From a virus: a DNA stretch of 64,000 nt. Where the stretch lies: IMG/VR virus record IMGVR_UViG_3300020411_000003; one strand, given 5' to 3'. The position numbers and the translations under genes are program-made. The notes beneath the pieces are model-generated. The model saw only the letters and a list, made by a program, of their open reading frames with translations. It was not told where the DNA came from and ran no database searches. Positions 1-9,637 of this stretch are shown piece by piece (within the stretch, counting starts at the first letter, position 1; every line of letters starts with the position of its first letter).

Positions 1-644
1 AATTTCTTATGCATACCACCCTTTCTACCATAGAGATTATCTTTAATATCATAGGGTGGATCCATGTATGTAAAGATCCCTTTATTATCCCAATCGTTAA
101 CTAACATTCTTTCGTATGTTAGATTTGTGATTGTCCAGTTTTCGATGAGCTCTTGGTATTCCACGAGTCTTTCAATACCTCTGATTGAGAAGTTGGAGTC
201 TGATGCTTGTGCAGAAAATGATGAAGACTCAGTGAGACCACTGAAGCTACACTTATTAACGATATAAAAAGCGAGGGCACGATCAAAGTTAGATTTTTCT
301 TCGTCATTAATTATCTCCTTCATTTCTTGGAACAGACATCTTGCTGAGTCTTGGTTACAATGTACCTCTTTAAGACTTAGCAATTCTTTCTGTAGTTTCT
401 CACCATCATGTTGTAATTCGCACCAGAAATTATACAGAGGTTCGTACAGGTCATTGACCCAGATCTCTATATGAGGATATCTCTTTGTAATTTCTATAGC
501 GACAGAACCGCCACCCAAGAAGGGTTCTCTATACTCTTTTACCTGGGTAAGGTCTGGGAGGAACTGCAACAGTTTTACTACTGCTCTGCTCTTCCCTCCT
601 GGATATCTTAGTGGTGTCTTCAGTGATTTTTGTGTTGTTGCCAT
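1..644 (-). CDS. dam: DNA adenine methyltransferase (Dam/D12 class), 3' end runs off the window
   Basis: Manual translation from ATG at 644: MATTQKSLKTPLRYPGGKSRA...EPFLGGGSV (motif I)...DPPY (motif IV). Absent from the ORF track because there is no stop inside the window. Confidence 0.9.
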   Translation of the reverse strand, partial: MATTQKSLKTPLRYPGGKSRAVVKLLQFLPDLTQVKEYREPFLGGGSVAIEITKRYPHIEIWVNDLYEPLYNFWCELQHDGEKLQKELLSLKEVHCNQDSARCLFQEMKEIINDEEKSNFDRALAFYIVNKCSFSGLTESSSFSAQASDSNFSIRGIERLVEYQELIENWTITNLTYERMLVNDWDNKGIFTYMDPPYDIKDNLYGRKGGMHKK

Positions 645-700
645 TATAAGGATTGGGTCGTTTTAACTCAGTCATGATTACCACCTGGTATCTGTACAAT

Positions 701-729
701 AATTTAGCATACTTTTATGGAATATGCAA
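701..729 (-). promoter_or_regulatory. sigma70-like promoter upstream of dam
   Basis: Minus strand TTGCAT-17 nt-TAAATT. Confidence 0.5.
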
Positions 730-730
730 C

Positions 731-922
731 TCAGTCATCTACTGCTGTGATATCCATTATATCTTGAGCAGGTACTTCATGCTCGTTTGCTATGAGATAC
801 CAATGATCACCCTCACGTAATCCAAGATACTTTATCTCGGTATCAGGAATAACATTCTCTCTCATTATTGCTTGTAGTTGCAAATGGATTAATTGGTTTC
901 TAGCAATCTTAGGTGTTATCAT
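731..922 (-). CDS. small hypothetical protein
   Basis: 63 aa ORF with ATGA overlap to the gp44 stop. Confidence 0.7.
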   Translation of the reverse strand: MITPKIARNQLIHLQLQAIMRENVIPDTEIKYLGLREGDHWYLIANEHEVPAQDIMDITAVDD

Positions 923-1863
923 TGAAACTCACAGGTCATCATAATTTCAGTCAAACATGCAAGCATATTGATCTCTTGATCAGGTACGTTTGAGATATCT
1001 CTCATATACTTTGCGATAACTAACACAGCTTCTGGAATTGAAGCAGGTTTTAACACGCCATATAAATTGTCATAAATCTTACGCATAATCATGCTAGGAT
1101 CATTATCCATGTGTTGAACTACCCATGTTTTTACAGTCTTGAAATCTTTCTTCTTCAATGCCGTAAGAAGATGATCAAAGTTAACATCAGCAACGTCCAC
1201 GAGGATAGCACTGTCAATGGATCCATTTGCAGCGTACCGTTGGCACTCGTTGATAAGACGACGATAATCGGGATAGTAACGGCTAATGAGCTTAGCAACA
1301 ACTTTGTCTTCAAATTTAACATCTTCAGTTTTTAAAATCCATCTTAGTCTATCGAAGAACTGCTTCTGCAATTCTAACTTCTGTCCATTCTTTACACGAA
1401 AATCGACAACTGTACACCTAGAGTGGAGTGGTTCAATAATCTTGTTAATAAAGTTGCAAGTAAATATAAACCTGCAATTGTTATGGAACTCCTCCACAGC
1501 ACTTCTGAGAGAGAGTTGGACATCGTTCGTTGTGTTATCTGCTTCATCTATAATAACGACCTTATGGGATGCTCCAGAGGTCAGTGAGACTGTTGAAGCG
1601 AATGTCCTGATCCTGTTCCTAACAGTATCGAGGAACCTACCCTCATCAGATCCATTGATCATGATGTAGGATGCACCAATCTCATCACATAGAGCTTTGG
1701 CAATTGTAGTTTTACCTACACCAGCAGAACCACTGAGCAATAGGTTAGGGAGTTCTCTTTGGAAGACGAACCCCTGAAAAACTTGTTTGATAGTGTCGGG
1801 AAGGATGCAGTCCTCTACAATCGTAGGACGATACTTCTCAACCCATAAAAAATCTTTGTTCAT
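919..1863 (-). CDS. gp44: clamp loader large subunit gp44
   Basis: WVEKYRP, Walker A GSAGVGKTT, IIDEAD, SRC motif; start moved to ATG 1863 (TAATG coupling). Confidence 0.97.
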   Translation of the reverse strand: MNKDFLWVEKYRPTIVEDCILPDTIKQVFQGFVFQRELPNLLLSGSAGVGKTTIAKALCDEIGASYIMINGSDEGRFLDTVRNRIRTFASTVSLTSGASHKVVIIDEADNTTNDVQLSLRSAVEEFHNNCRFIFTCNFINKIIEPLHSRCTVVDFRVKNGQKLELQKQFFDRLRWILKTEDVKFEDKVVAKLISRYYPDYRRLINECQRYAANGSIDSAILVDVADVNFDHLLTALKKKDFKTVKTWVVQHMDNDPSMIMRKIYDNLYGVLKPASIPEAVLVIAKYMRDISNVPDQEINMLACLTEIMMTCEFQ

Positions 1864-2438
1864 TAAACGCACCAGGTAACCCAAGAATAACGTATACCCC
1901 CTGTCACTGTCGTGACTTCGTGTGGGAATAAAAACACAGAAGGAAACGCAACAACGTCACCCTTCTTCAAATCAACCCGATACTCATTCCAGAAGAGTAG
2001 TTCTCCTCCTTCATAATCATCATTAAGTACACCAATAAGACTGGTGGTAGGAATCCCTCTAATGTTACCATCAAACATATCATGAATATGATCGTGGTGT
2101 GGTTCAATAGATTCACCAACAGAATACTTGTTGAACTTTATGTCACCTGTAGTTGACCAGAAAATATCCGAATTGGTATTCTCTTTAACAAAATAAGTTT
2201 TGTTATATTCGATACAAAGATCTCTAATATATGGGAAGATTTTCTGGCGACACTTTTCATTCTTTACTGTTTGAAAATCTCCTTTACTATAAGCAGATTC
2301 TTCCTTTGCATCGTACCAACCGTGATCTTCCCACTTAGGTTTTCTTTCTAATCGTTTTATTACATTATCACATACATCCTCTGGTAGAAGATTCATTTTG
2401 AAAATGTAATCTTTAAGATGAGGATATTTTAAACTCAA
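1863..2438 (-). CDS. 2OG-Fe(II) oxygenase (prolyl-4-hydroxylase-like)
   Basis: HHDH...LNDDYEGGEL...FPHEV...RYS motif set. Confidence 0.88.
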   Translation of the reverse strand: MSLKYPHLKDYIFKMNLLPEDVCDNVIKRLERKPKWEDHGWYDAKEESAYSKGDFQTVKNEKCRQKIFPYIRDLCIEYNKTYFVKENTNSDIFWSTTGDIKFNKYSVGESIEPHHDHIHDMFDGNIRGIPTTSLIGVLNDDYEGGELLFWNEYRVDLKKGDVVAFPSVFLFPHEVTTVTGGIRYSWVTWCV

Positions 2439-3106
2439 GGTTCCAATGCGATATAATATGTAAGATCTGTATCAAGATTAGTCCACTCAGAAATCAACTG
2501 AGAAGATACCTTCACAGCATAATTACCTGGTACCAATCTAATGTTCTCAATCTTAACATCAAGAGAGAACTCACCTTCGAATACAGCACCACCACTAACA
2601 TCTTGTTCAAATGTATTACTGGTGTCATTCTCCTTGTCTCTAAGAATCAATTTGATCTTTCCTTTAGTAGTATCAAATGTAAGATCAGGTAGATCATATA
2701 CAGATGATGCTTTCTGTAGAGCAAACAAATCTTCAGCAGTAATGTTGAAGGAGAGATCTCCACCAGGAAATTTTACATTCTTTTCTGGTGCAGACTTGAG
2801 CGTAATCTCAGGGTCACTAAAATAATACTTAGCAGAGCGACCACCGCCACGAATAGTGACAAAATCCCCAGAGGTGAAGTCCAGTTGAGGATTGTCAAAC
2901 AGAGAGATACCTGAAAGAAACTGGCCAAGATCATATATAGCGAAGTCAGTTGGAAAGCTTTCTTCGCTGGTGTACTTAGCGAGGATGTTCTCTGCATTGC
3001 TGATGGTTCTGATAACATTACCTTTCCTAAAAACAATAGAAGAATTGATCGTACTATAATTTTTAAGTACGTTTAATGTTTGTGTCGATAGAGTTACTTG
3101 ACTCAT
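2435..3106 (-). CDS. gp45: sliding clamp gp45
   Basis: LKNYSTINSSI, FAIYDLGQFL, YYIALEP; next to gp44. Confidence 0.95.
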   Translation of the reverse strand: MSQVTLSTQTLNVLKNYSTINSSIVFRKGNVIRTISNAENILAKYTSEESFPTDFAIYDLGQFLSGISLFDNPQLDFTSGDFVTIRGGGRSAKYYFSDPEITLKSAPEKNVKFPGGDLSFNITAEDLFALQKASSVYDLPDLTFDTTKGKIKLILRDKENDTSNTFEQDVSGGAVFEGEFSLDVKIENIRLVPGNYAVKVSSQLISEWTNLDTDLTYYIALEP

Positions 3107-3411
3107 TTGTCGTAATCAACTGTGAATGATGTGGATCCAGTATTCATGGATGCTGCTCTAGCAGCCTTGTCATTAAAGTGGAGCAATAGAAGACCATAAT
3201 GAATGATCTTAATAATGTCCTTTCGTGCTGTTCCTTTGCGATCATATCGTGAAGCATACTTAAGAACATTACTCCTACAGAATGCTTCAGCGTCACCTAC
3301 AGAATCAATAAGGTCAAGAGTCTGTACGTTACCTACAGAATAATGACCCCTGTAAGTTTGACTAATATAATCACCGATCTCTTTCAGCAGAGCATCTTCA
3401 TCGTATTTCAT
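3103..3411 (-). CDS. DUF3310/SaV-like protein
   Basis: HY...QTLDLI...F..SNVLKYASRY..K...D..K..HY pattern; start placed at ATG 3411 (TGATG overlap). Confidence 0.65.
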   Translation of the reverse strand: MKYDEDALLKEIGDYISQTYRGHYSVGNVQTLDLIDSVGDAEAFCRSNVLKYASRYDRKGTARKDIIKIIHYGLLLLHFNDKAARAASMNTGSTSFTVDYDK

Positions 3412-3578
3412 CAAGGTGTCCATACATAATTAATATCATTATAATAGCACTCTTTTAGAGAACCGTCAAGATCTACAATAGAAATCTTATCTTTGCGAAC
3501 CTTGATCACTCTAGCAGATGCACCTCCCTTAAGGGAGATGACACTGCCTATGAACCTACAATCACCTGTCTTCATCAT
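3411..3578 (-). CDS. 55 aa hypothetical protein (below ORF-track cutoff)
   Basis: MMKTGDCRFIGSVISLKGG...YVWTP*; overlaps the cobS stop (ATGA) and the next start. Confidence 0.65.
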   Translation of the reverse strand: MMKTGDCRFIGSVISLKGGASARVIKVRKDKISIVDLDGSLKECYYNDINYVWTP

Positions 3579-4660
3579 GACTCCTCCGTTTCAGTTGTAA
3601 CATCAGCATCAATTTTATCATAGAGATCTAGGAAAGACTGCTTTGTTTCATCATCGAAACGATTGATGCAAAGTTTGATTGCCTTCATACGATTCTGCCA
3701 GATAGCGAATGCACGAATAACATGCACCAACCTACGAGTAGAGATAACCTCATCGATACCACCATCCTTGAAAGTTCTACGGATGATGTCTGCCCAGTTA
3801 GCAAGATGCTCACAGAACTCTTCATCAAGAGCACCTAGATTACCAGCAACCTTCTCAAGAATCTTCTTCTCTGTTACAACAGATGGATATTCTTGCTCAA
3901 AGGTCAATGCGAACCTTTCGAGGAAAGCTTCATTAAGAACATTTGTACCAATAAACCTTCCATCATCAGACCCTTTACCTTTAGTATTTGCAGTTGCAAT
4001 AACATTGAATCCTGGTGCTCGTTTAACATACCTACCGATCTTCTTAAGGAAGACACCCTTACCTTCTAGGATAGATTGAAGACAAAGGATTTTATTTGAT
4101 GCAAGGTCAACTTCATCTAGAAGCAACACTGCTCCCCTCTCAAGAGCTTCAACCACAGGTCCGTTGTGCCAAGCAGTTTGACCATTAACAAGACGGAACC
4201 CACCAATAAGATCATCTTCATCAGTTTCAATGGTAATATTAACACGAATTAGTTCCCTATTTAGTTGAGCACATGCTTGCTCTACACCGAGAGTCTTACC
4301 ATTACCAGAGAGTCCAGTGATGAAGGTAGGATAGAAGAGTTTGCTGTTGATAATTTTCTTTACATCAGCAAAGTTACCGAAAGGAACAAAGTTTGGATCT
4401 TTTGCTGGTACAAGGTTCTGTACTTCCTGTGGGATAACAGCAGGAGCAGAGATCTGACGCTCAAGATTCTCTTTCACTTCTTCCAACGACCATGTTCCAC
4501 GCTTAACATAAAACTTACGAAGCCTTTTTACAGTAGAAGCATACTTAAGTCCGAAATGTGCTGCTGCTTCACGTACGTGATCTGCATTTACTTCTGTACC
4601 ATTTTTCTTGGTAAGGTACTTAACCAATGTTTGAGTTGTCAGTGGATTCTTCGCTGGCAT
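3575..4660 (-). CDS. cobS: CobS/MoxR-like AAA+ ATPase
   Basis: GLSGNGKT Walker A, LLLDEVD Walker B, ATANTKGKGS, NEAFLERF. Confidence 0.92.
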   Translation of the reverse strand: MPAKNPLTTQTLVKYLTKKNGTEVNADHVREAAAHFGLKYASTVKRLRKFYVKRGTWSLEEVKENLERQISAPAVIPQEVQNLVPAKDPNFVPFGNFADVKKIINSKLFYPTFITGLSGNGKTLGVEQACAQLNRELIRVNITIETDEDDLIGGFRLVNGQTAWHNGPVVEALERGAVLLLDEVDLASNKILCLQSILEGKGVFLKKIGRYVKRAPGFNVIATANTKGKGSDDGRFIGTNVLNEAFLERFALTFEQEYPSVVTEKKILEKVAGNLGALDEEFCEHLANWADIIRRTFKDGGIDEVISTRRLVHVIRAFAIWQNRMKAIKLCINRFDDETKQSFLDLYDKIDADVTTETEES

Positions 4661-4692
4661 TTTTCTTGAAGTTGTTTATTTGTTATGTACTA

Positions 4693-4749
4693 ATGATAGC
4701 AAGAAAAAACCCCCTGTGTAGGGGGTGTGTGTCACTTTTTCAACTGGAT
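4693..4749 (-). promoter_or_regulatory. early-type promoter with stem-loop and upstream dyad, upstream of cobS
   Basis: -10 TTGCTATCAT; hairpin ACCCCCT-acac-AGGGGGT followed by a T-run (4704-4726); dyad at 4730-4749. Confidence 0.6.
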
Positions 4750-5262
4750 CACTGTACCGTCTTTAGTGGTTACCGTTGCTTCAGTAAACCTATCTATGAT
4801 ACGATCAACAACAGAGAATGCAACGTCAGGTGACGGTGTAGTATCTGCCTTGAAAGCATAAGCAGGTTGAGGGATAGGTGCTCTCTTTTCTACAGGTAGA
4901 ACTACTTCATCGTAAATATCGAATGGTAGTTTAATCTGCTCTTCTGAAACCTGAGCACTCTCAGAAAAGTATGTTGGATAGTTAGTCCTATACTCTGCGA
5001 AGATAGGATCTTCGTTCTTAGTTGTGTTCCAGATATGACTTAAGCGTTTTGCTACGTCATCCCAGTCCTTTTCTTGCATCTCGTCAAATGCAGTAGGATA
5101 GTTTTCTCTGAAGTATGACTTAGCAGACTTCTTGATAAACCGTACCTGAGTACCATTTGGACGTTGACGGATTTGTTGTTTTAGTGCATGAACAAGTATC
5201 TTTCCAATATGTAAAGTTTCATATTGGCGAAACTCTCTGCACAACTGTTTGAGTTTTCTCAT
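4732..5262 (-). CDS. hypothetical protein
   Basis: Long ORF; likely start is ATG 5262, downstream of a consensus promoter. Confidence 0.7.
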   Translation of the reverse strand: MRKLKQLCREFRQYETLHIGKILVHALKQQIRQRPNGTQVRFIKKSAKSYFRENYPTAFDEMQEKDWDDVAKRLSHIWNTTKNEDPIFAEYRTNYPTYFSESAQVSEEQIKLPFDIYDEVVLPVEKRAPIPQPAYAFKADTTPSPDVAFSVVDRIIDRFTEATVTTKDGTVIQLKK

Positions 5263-5292
5263 AGATTGTGTGAGATTTGGCCTGTTTGGGTA

Positions 5293-5321
5293 AGTATAAT
5301 GCCGAAATGGGTAGTTGTCAA
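5293..5321 (-). promoter_or_regulatory. consensus sigma70 promoter
   Basis: TTGACA-17-TATACT. Confidence 0.75.
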
Positions 5322-7585
5322 GCAACGTACCCGACAAAGGAATTCAGCAGTTTCTTGTTTGTTGACTTTGACTTCAACATTTTTTTGAAAGCACGAGAGA
5401 TGTCTGCTTTCTTTGCTCCCGATTCTACCTTGAGATCTGTATCAGCGTCAAGTGCGGTTTGCTGTATAGCATAGAGAGCAGTGTATCCAAGTGGGTTTGG
5501 AACAATAACGGATTTGTTCTTTCTCCATTCTTGGAGGATCTTATCGTAGGAGTAAGTATTCTCAGAGTACCTATTGATGAATTCGCCAAGACGACTTCCA
5601 CTTAGGATTCTGAATCCAAGAACATTAACACCAGGATTACGATCCTTAACTTGAGTGATCAACTGATTAGTTACAGCACTGTAGCAATCTTCCATTGGTT
5701 TGTAAACAATACCAGTCTTACGATCACGCAATGCGTTCAAAGAACCAATTTTACTAACGTAAAGTTTTTCTTGAGGATCATAATCTGGAGTTCTTTTCCT
5801 ACCGTAACCACAACATGCTCCCTCACCATCTGTAAGAATGCATACGTTTACTTTCTCAAGATCATTCTTCTTTCTGAAAGATGGAATGATATAGTTAAGC
5901 ATAACTACTGCTTCATTCAATGGTGTTCCAGATAGTTGTAATCCTTCTGGAATCTGATAAGAATTTCCACGATGATCGAATGCATAAGTGCAACGATACA
6001 TGTTCTTACACTGCCTTTCGTAGTCACGTGTGTTACTACGAGAGGAGATAATATTCATAAGGTTGAACTCACCTTTACGGATATAAATCTCACCCTCTAC
6101 AGGTGGATTTGAATTACGATCTTCGTGATACCAGTAAGCACTTGCTTCAGGATTGTTGTCCCTAATCATTTGGACAACTCTCCACTCATTTGTGAAGGCA
6201 TATACTTCAAAAGGTATATTAACCTTTTTACAGAATGCTGTCAAGTTTAGGATCTGCTTCAAGGTTGCATGGATCTGATCACTCATAGAACCAGACCAGT
6301 CAAGAAGGAAAAGCAAACCATGATTCTTACCATCAGGTACTACAGAAATCTTTTTAAAGATGTCTTCATTGTACATGTAAGTATGAAGCTTTGTTGTATC
6401 AATAACTCCAGTCTTTGAAACAGAAGCACGTGCATATGCAGATGCTGATTTCTTACACTCAAATTCTTTTACAAGATAGTTTACTTCTTTCTGTGCTGAT
6501 TGCCTGTACTCTTTATAGTCAGCATCTGCATCAGCAAGACCTAGTTGCTTCCAGTATAGAGTACCATCAGCACCCCTAGATTCTTGTGGTTCTGGATAGT
6601 TAGAAAAACGATCATCGATCCACTCATGAACTTCTTCCCAGTCTACAATGTAATCATCCAACTTTAGTGTAGAAGGAATTTCTACATAACCAATGTTGTG
6701 CTTACTTTGTGTGCTGAGACCTGATGCAGCAGAGTCGAAAGACTGTTGTGTCTTAGCAGAATCAATATCTTGAGGACCAGCAGATCCTTCTGCACCAGCA
6801 GAACCACCAGAAGAACCAGAAGATGTTTGACCTTGCTCACCATCTTGCTCATCCTTCTTCTTATATGAAGGTGTATCTAGATCTGCTTTCTCTTGCTCAT
6901 CATCATTACCTTTCTTAGGTGTTTGATACTGCTGCTCTTCACCATCGTTAACATCACCTTCTTCCTGTCCACCATTTTGAGGTACAGGAACTTCTGTATT
7001 CTGAAGTTTCTCTTGCTCTTCTTTCTGCTTACCGTAAATCTCACCTGCTAGAGCACATACTTCTTCGAAGGTTTCTGTTTCTGCAACTCTATTAACAAAG
7101 ACCTTCTCTGCTTCAGTGAAAGGAACCATTGCAGAAGGACCAAGTTTGTAGTGAAGATTTATTCTATCGATGAATAAAATTGTAGTGTAATCTACACCTT
7201 CAACTTGGAAGAAATCTTGCTCATTAAGTTCTTTGTAACCTGCATTGAAACTCTTCTTAAGACCAGGATACTTACGCTTCATAAGTTTCTCGATGCGAAC
7301 ATCTTCAACGACATTCACATAATCCATTGGACACTGAACATAGTCAGTGTAATCACAGTTGGGAGTATAAAGAGCATGACCAACTTCATGACCAACTAAC
7401 ATGTCATAAACTTGACCAGATGCTTTATCCCACTGAGGAAGTTGAAGTACCCTACGATCTACATCAAAAGAAGCAGTAGGAATATCACTTCTGTGCTCAA
7501 CAATAAGGTTCTCTGTTGCGAGCAGACGTGCAAGGTTTCCTTTGATCTCTTGCTTTGATAAATCTCTTGAGTAGTAATCGTACAT
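5318..7585 (-). CDS. zincin-like peptidase plus vWA (CobT-like) protein
   Basis: HEVGH zinc motif, acidic low-complexity linker, MIDAS DWSGSM...SGTPL...ILTDGE; start placed at ATG 7585. Confidence 0.85.
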   Translation of the reverse strand: MYDYYSRDLSKQEIKGNLARLLATENLIVEHRSDIPTASFDVDRRVLQLPQWDKASGQVYDMLVGHEVGHALYTPNCDYTDYVQCPMDYVNVVEDVRIEKLMKRKYPGLKKSFNAGYKELNEQDFFQVEGVDYTTILFIDRINLHYKLGPSAMVPFTEAEKVFVNRVAETETFEEVCALAGEIYGKQKEEQEKLQNTEVPVPQNGGQEEGDVNDGEEQQYQTPKKGNDDEQEKADLDTPSYKKKDEQDGEQGQTSSGSSGGSAGAEGSAGPQDIDSAKTQQSFDSAASGLSTQSKHNIGYVEIPSTLKLDDYIVDWEEVHEWIDDRFSNYPEPQESRGADGTLYWKQLGLADADADYKEYRQSAQKEVNYLVKEFECKKSASAYARASVSKTGVIDTTKLHTYMYNEDIFKKISVVPDGKNHGLLFLLDWSGSMSDQIHATLKQILNLTAFCKKVNIPFEVYAFTNEWRVVQMIRDNNPEASAYWYHEDRNSNPPVEGEIYIRKGEFNLMNIISSRSNTRDYERQCKNMYRCTYAFDHRGNSYQIPEGLQLSGTPLNEAVVMLNYIIPSFRKKNDLEKVNVCILTDGEGACCGYGRKRTPDYDPQEKLYVSKIGSLNALRDRKTGIVYKPMEDCYSAVTNQLITQVKDRNPGVNVLGFRILSGSRLGEFINRYSENTYSYDKILQEWRKNKSVIVPNPLGYTALYAIQQTALDADTDLKVESGAKKADISRAFKKMLKSKSTNKKLLNSFVGYVA

Positions 7586-7607
7586 GCTTTTCTTTGTTTG
7601 TATACCT

Positions 7608-7664
7608 ATGATAGCAAACAAATACGTTAGCCAACCAGTGCGTGTGTCAGTTCGTGAACTGTCT
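7608..7664 (-). promoter_or_regulatory. second copy of the TTGCTATCAT plus dyad promoter
   Basis: Same -10 box and dyad, with identical 37-nt spacing to the copy at 4693. Confidence 0.6.
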
Positions 7665-9372
7665 CCTCTAGTCTGGAGAAGTTCTTTTCTTTCGATACAT
7701 TGATAGTTCTATCAAACTTATCATTCAATGCTTCCTTATGACTGATCACGAAAACATTAGAATTATCGTCGAAATTACGTAAGATCCAACCAAGATCAGA
7801 AGCACCAGATTGGTCAAGCGAGCTGTCAAAGATTTCATCTAGAATTAAAAGGTTAGTGTCTACACTATTCTTAAGTTTAGCAATACTTCTCCAAGTAAGC
7901 AATAGTGCAATATCAATACGTGCCTTCTCTCCTTCACTGAAGGACTCGTACGTAAAGACATCTCTATATCTAGACTTGATAGTCTCCTCAAAGTTCTCAT
8001 CTAAAGTAAAATTAACATAGAAGTCCATACTTTGTAGGTACTGATTGATCATCTTATTCATTGTGGGAAGATATGTCTTGATGATCCTGGTCTTAATACC
8101 ACTGTCTTTTAACAAAGCAGTAGCAGCATTAAGAACATCCCTATCCTTCTTGGAATTAGTATTGTTAGTCTTTACTTCTTTCTTCTCATTTACAAGAGTC
8201 TCAAGTTTTTTATACTCTGCTTTCTTATCTGGATTAGATCCTTCTAGTTCTTCAATCTCTTTTCGAATATCATCAATGGACTTACGAATTGAAACTAACT
8301 TATAGTTAACGTTAGTCATAGATGTATTCACTTCAGTACTTTGCTTAGACAGTTGAACAAACATCAAATTTCTTTCTTGTTCTTCTTCAATAGCTTTCTC
8401 TAACTCAGACTTTCCACTAGACATGTCATTGATCTTTGTATCAAGAATACCAATCCTTGCATTCTTAAATGCATTCTCGATTTGTTGAGAGCATGTAGGA
8501 CATTCATCATTCTCTTCAAAGAATTTGTGCTCCTTCTGACATGCCTGTAACTTTTGCTGTAGTTTTATTAAGATAGTATTTAATTTTTGCAACTTGTCAG
8601 CAGAAGCAGCGTAATCTTCTAGTTGTTTATGCAACAAGTGAGCTTCTTCTGCTAAAATCTTGATTTCTTCAGTTGCCTGTTCATTTTCTGTTTCATACTC
8701 TTTAATCTTTTCTTCTTTTTTCAATACCTCTTCTTGATTTTTCTTCTCCAATTCAAACATATATTTCTTTTGAAGATCAATCTTCTCATTAAGAAGATGG
8801 AGTTGATAATCTAAATCTTTAATCTCATTAGAATTCTCTCTGACCCTATCCTTCAATCTACCATTCATGATAGAGAAAACTTGAATGTCTAGGATGTCTT
8901 CAATGATCTCTCGGCGTTGCGGTAGTGGCAGACGCATGAAAGGAACAAAGGTACTAGATCCTAGCACCACAATCTGTGTGAAAGACTTGTAATTCATCTT
9001 CAACACATTCTGTTCTAGATTCTTCTGCTGTTCTACAACAGTGGATTCTTGATTCCACATCTGACCATTGCAAAAGATCTCAAACCTATTTGGTTTAGTA
9101 CCTCGTACAATCTTATATTCATTCTTACCAATAGAGAACTCAAGTTCTGCAATGAGGTTCCCTTGATTGACACTGTTAACCAGCATCCCTTTATTAATCT
9201 TACGAAAGGGTTTACCGAACAATGTATATGTCAGTGCATCTAGGATCGTACTCTTACCTGATCCATTAGTACCAACAATTAAAGTATTTCTTGTCGCAGA
9301 GAGATCTATCTCACTAAACGTGTTTCCCGTGCTCAGGAGGTTCTTCCAACGGATCTTGCGAAAAGTGATCAT
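7627..9372 (-). CDS. gp46: recombination endonuclease subunit gp46 (SbcC/Rad50-like)
   Basis: GTNGSGKS, coiled coil with CPTC hook, FSEGEKARID signature, LILDEIFD. Confidence 0.97.
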   Translation of the reverse strand: MITFRKIRWKNLLSTGNTFSEIDLSATRNTLIVGTNGSGKSTILDALTYTLFGKPFRKINKGMLVNSVNQGNLIAELEFSIGKNEYKIVRGTKPNRFEIFCNGQMWNQESTVVEQQKNLEQNVLKMNYKSFTQIVVLGSSTFVPFMRLPLPQRREIIEDILDIQVFSIMNGRLKDRVRENSNEIKDLDYQLHLLNEKIDLQKKYMFELEKKNQEEVLKKEEKIKEYETENEQATEEIKILAEEAHLLHKQLEDYAASADKLQKLNTILIKLQQKLQACQKEHKFFEENDECPTCSQQIENAFKNARIGILDTKINDMSSGKSELEKAIEEEQERNLMFVQLSKQSTEVNTSMTNVNYKLVSIRKSIDDIRKEIEELEGSNPDKKAEYKKLETLVNEKKEVKTNNTNSKKDRDVLNAATALLKDSGIKTRIIKTYLPTMNKMINQYLQSMDFYVNFTLDENFEETIKSRYRDVFTYESFSEGEKARIDIALLLTWRSIAKLKNSVDTNLLILDEIFDSSLDQSGASDLGWILRNFDDNSNVFVISHKEALNDKFDRTINVSKEKNFSRLEETVHELTHALVG

Positions 9373-9628
9373 AGGTATCGGGTGGGACTATGAAGTCGTC
9401 AGTGGTTATAATACTATATCTTTGACCAGACATCGAGCAGGCTTGGACCATTTGGTCAAGTTGCACAGTCACAACATCTAGTTTGGGGTTTTCTTCATCA
9501 ACACCTAAAAGATTTACATACCTATGGGCATCCTCTCTGTTCTCAAAGATAGGGATGATACGATCATCATCCTCATCCAGAACAGAATATACACCCTGTG
9601 GATGGTCTTTTAAAGTGATGACAAACAT
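9314..9628 (-). CDS. hypothetical protein (DUF3110-like)
   Basis: 104 aa ORF between gp47 and gp46; IFENREDAHRY resembles cyanobacterial DUF3110. Confidence 0.6.
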   Translation of the reverse strand: MFVITLKDHPQGVYSVLDEDDDRIIPIFENREDAHRYVNLLGVDEENPKLDVVTVQLDQMVQACSMSGQRYSIITTDDFIVPPDTYDHFSQDPLEEPPEHGKHV

Positions 9629-9637
9629 AGAAAGATG

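Noticed and set aside
3663-4669. Plus-strand ORFs of 138 and 134 aa opposite cobS, and similar ones opposite gp18, gp44 and gp45
   Set aside because: Antisense shadow ORFs with no independent evidence.
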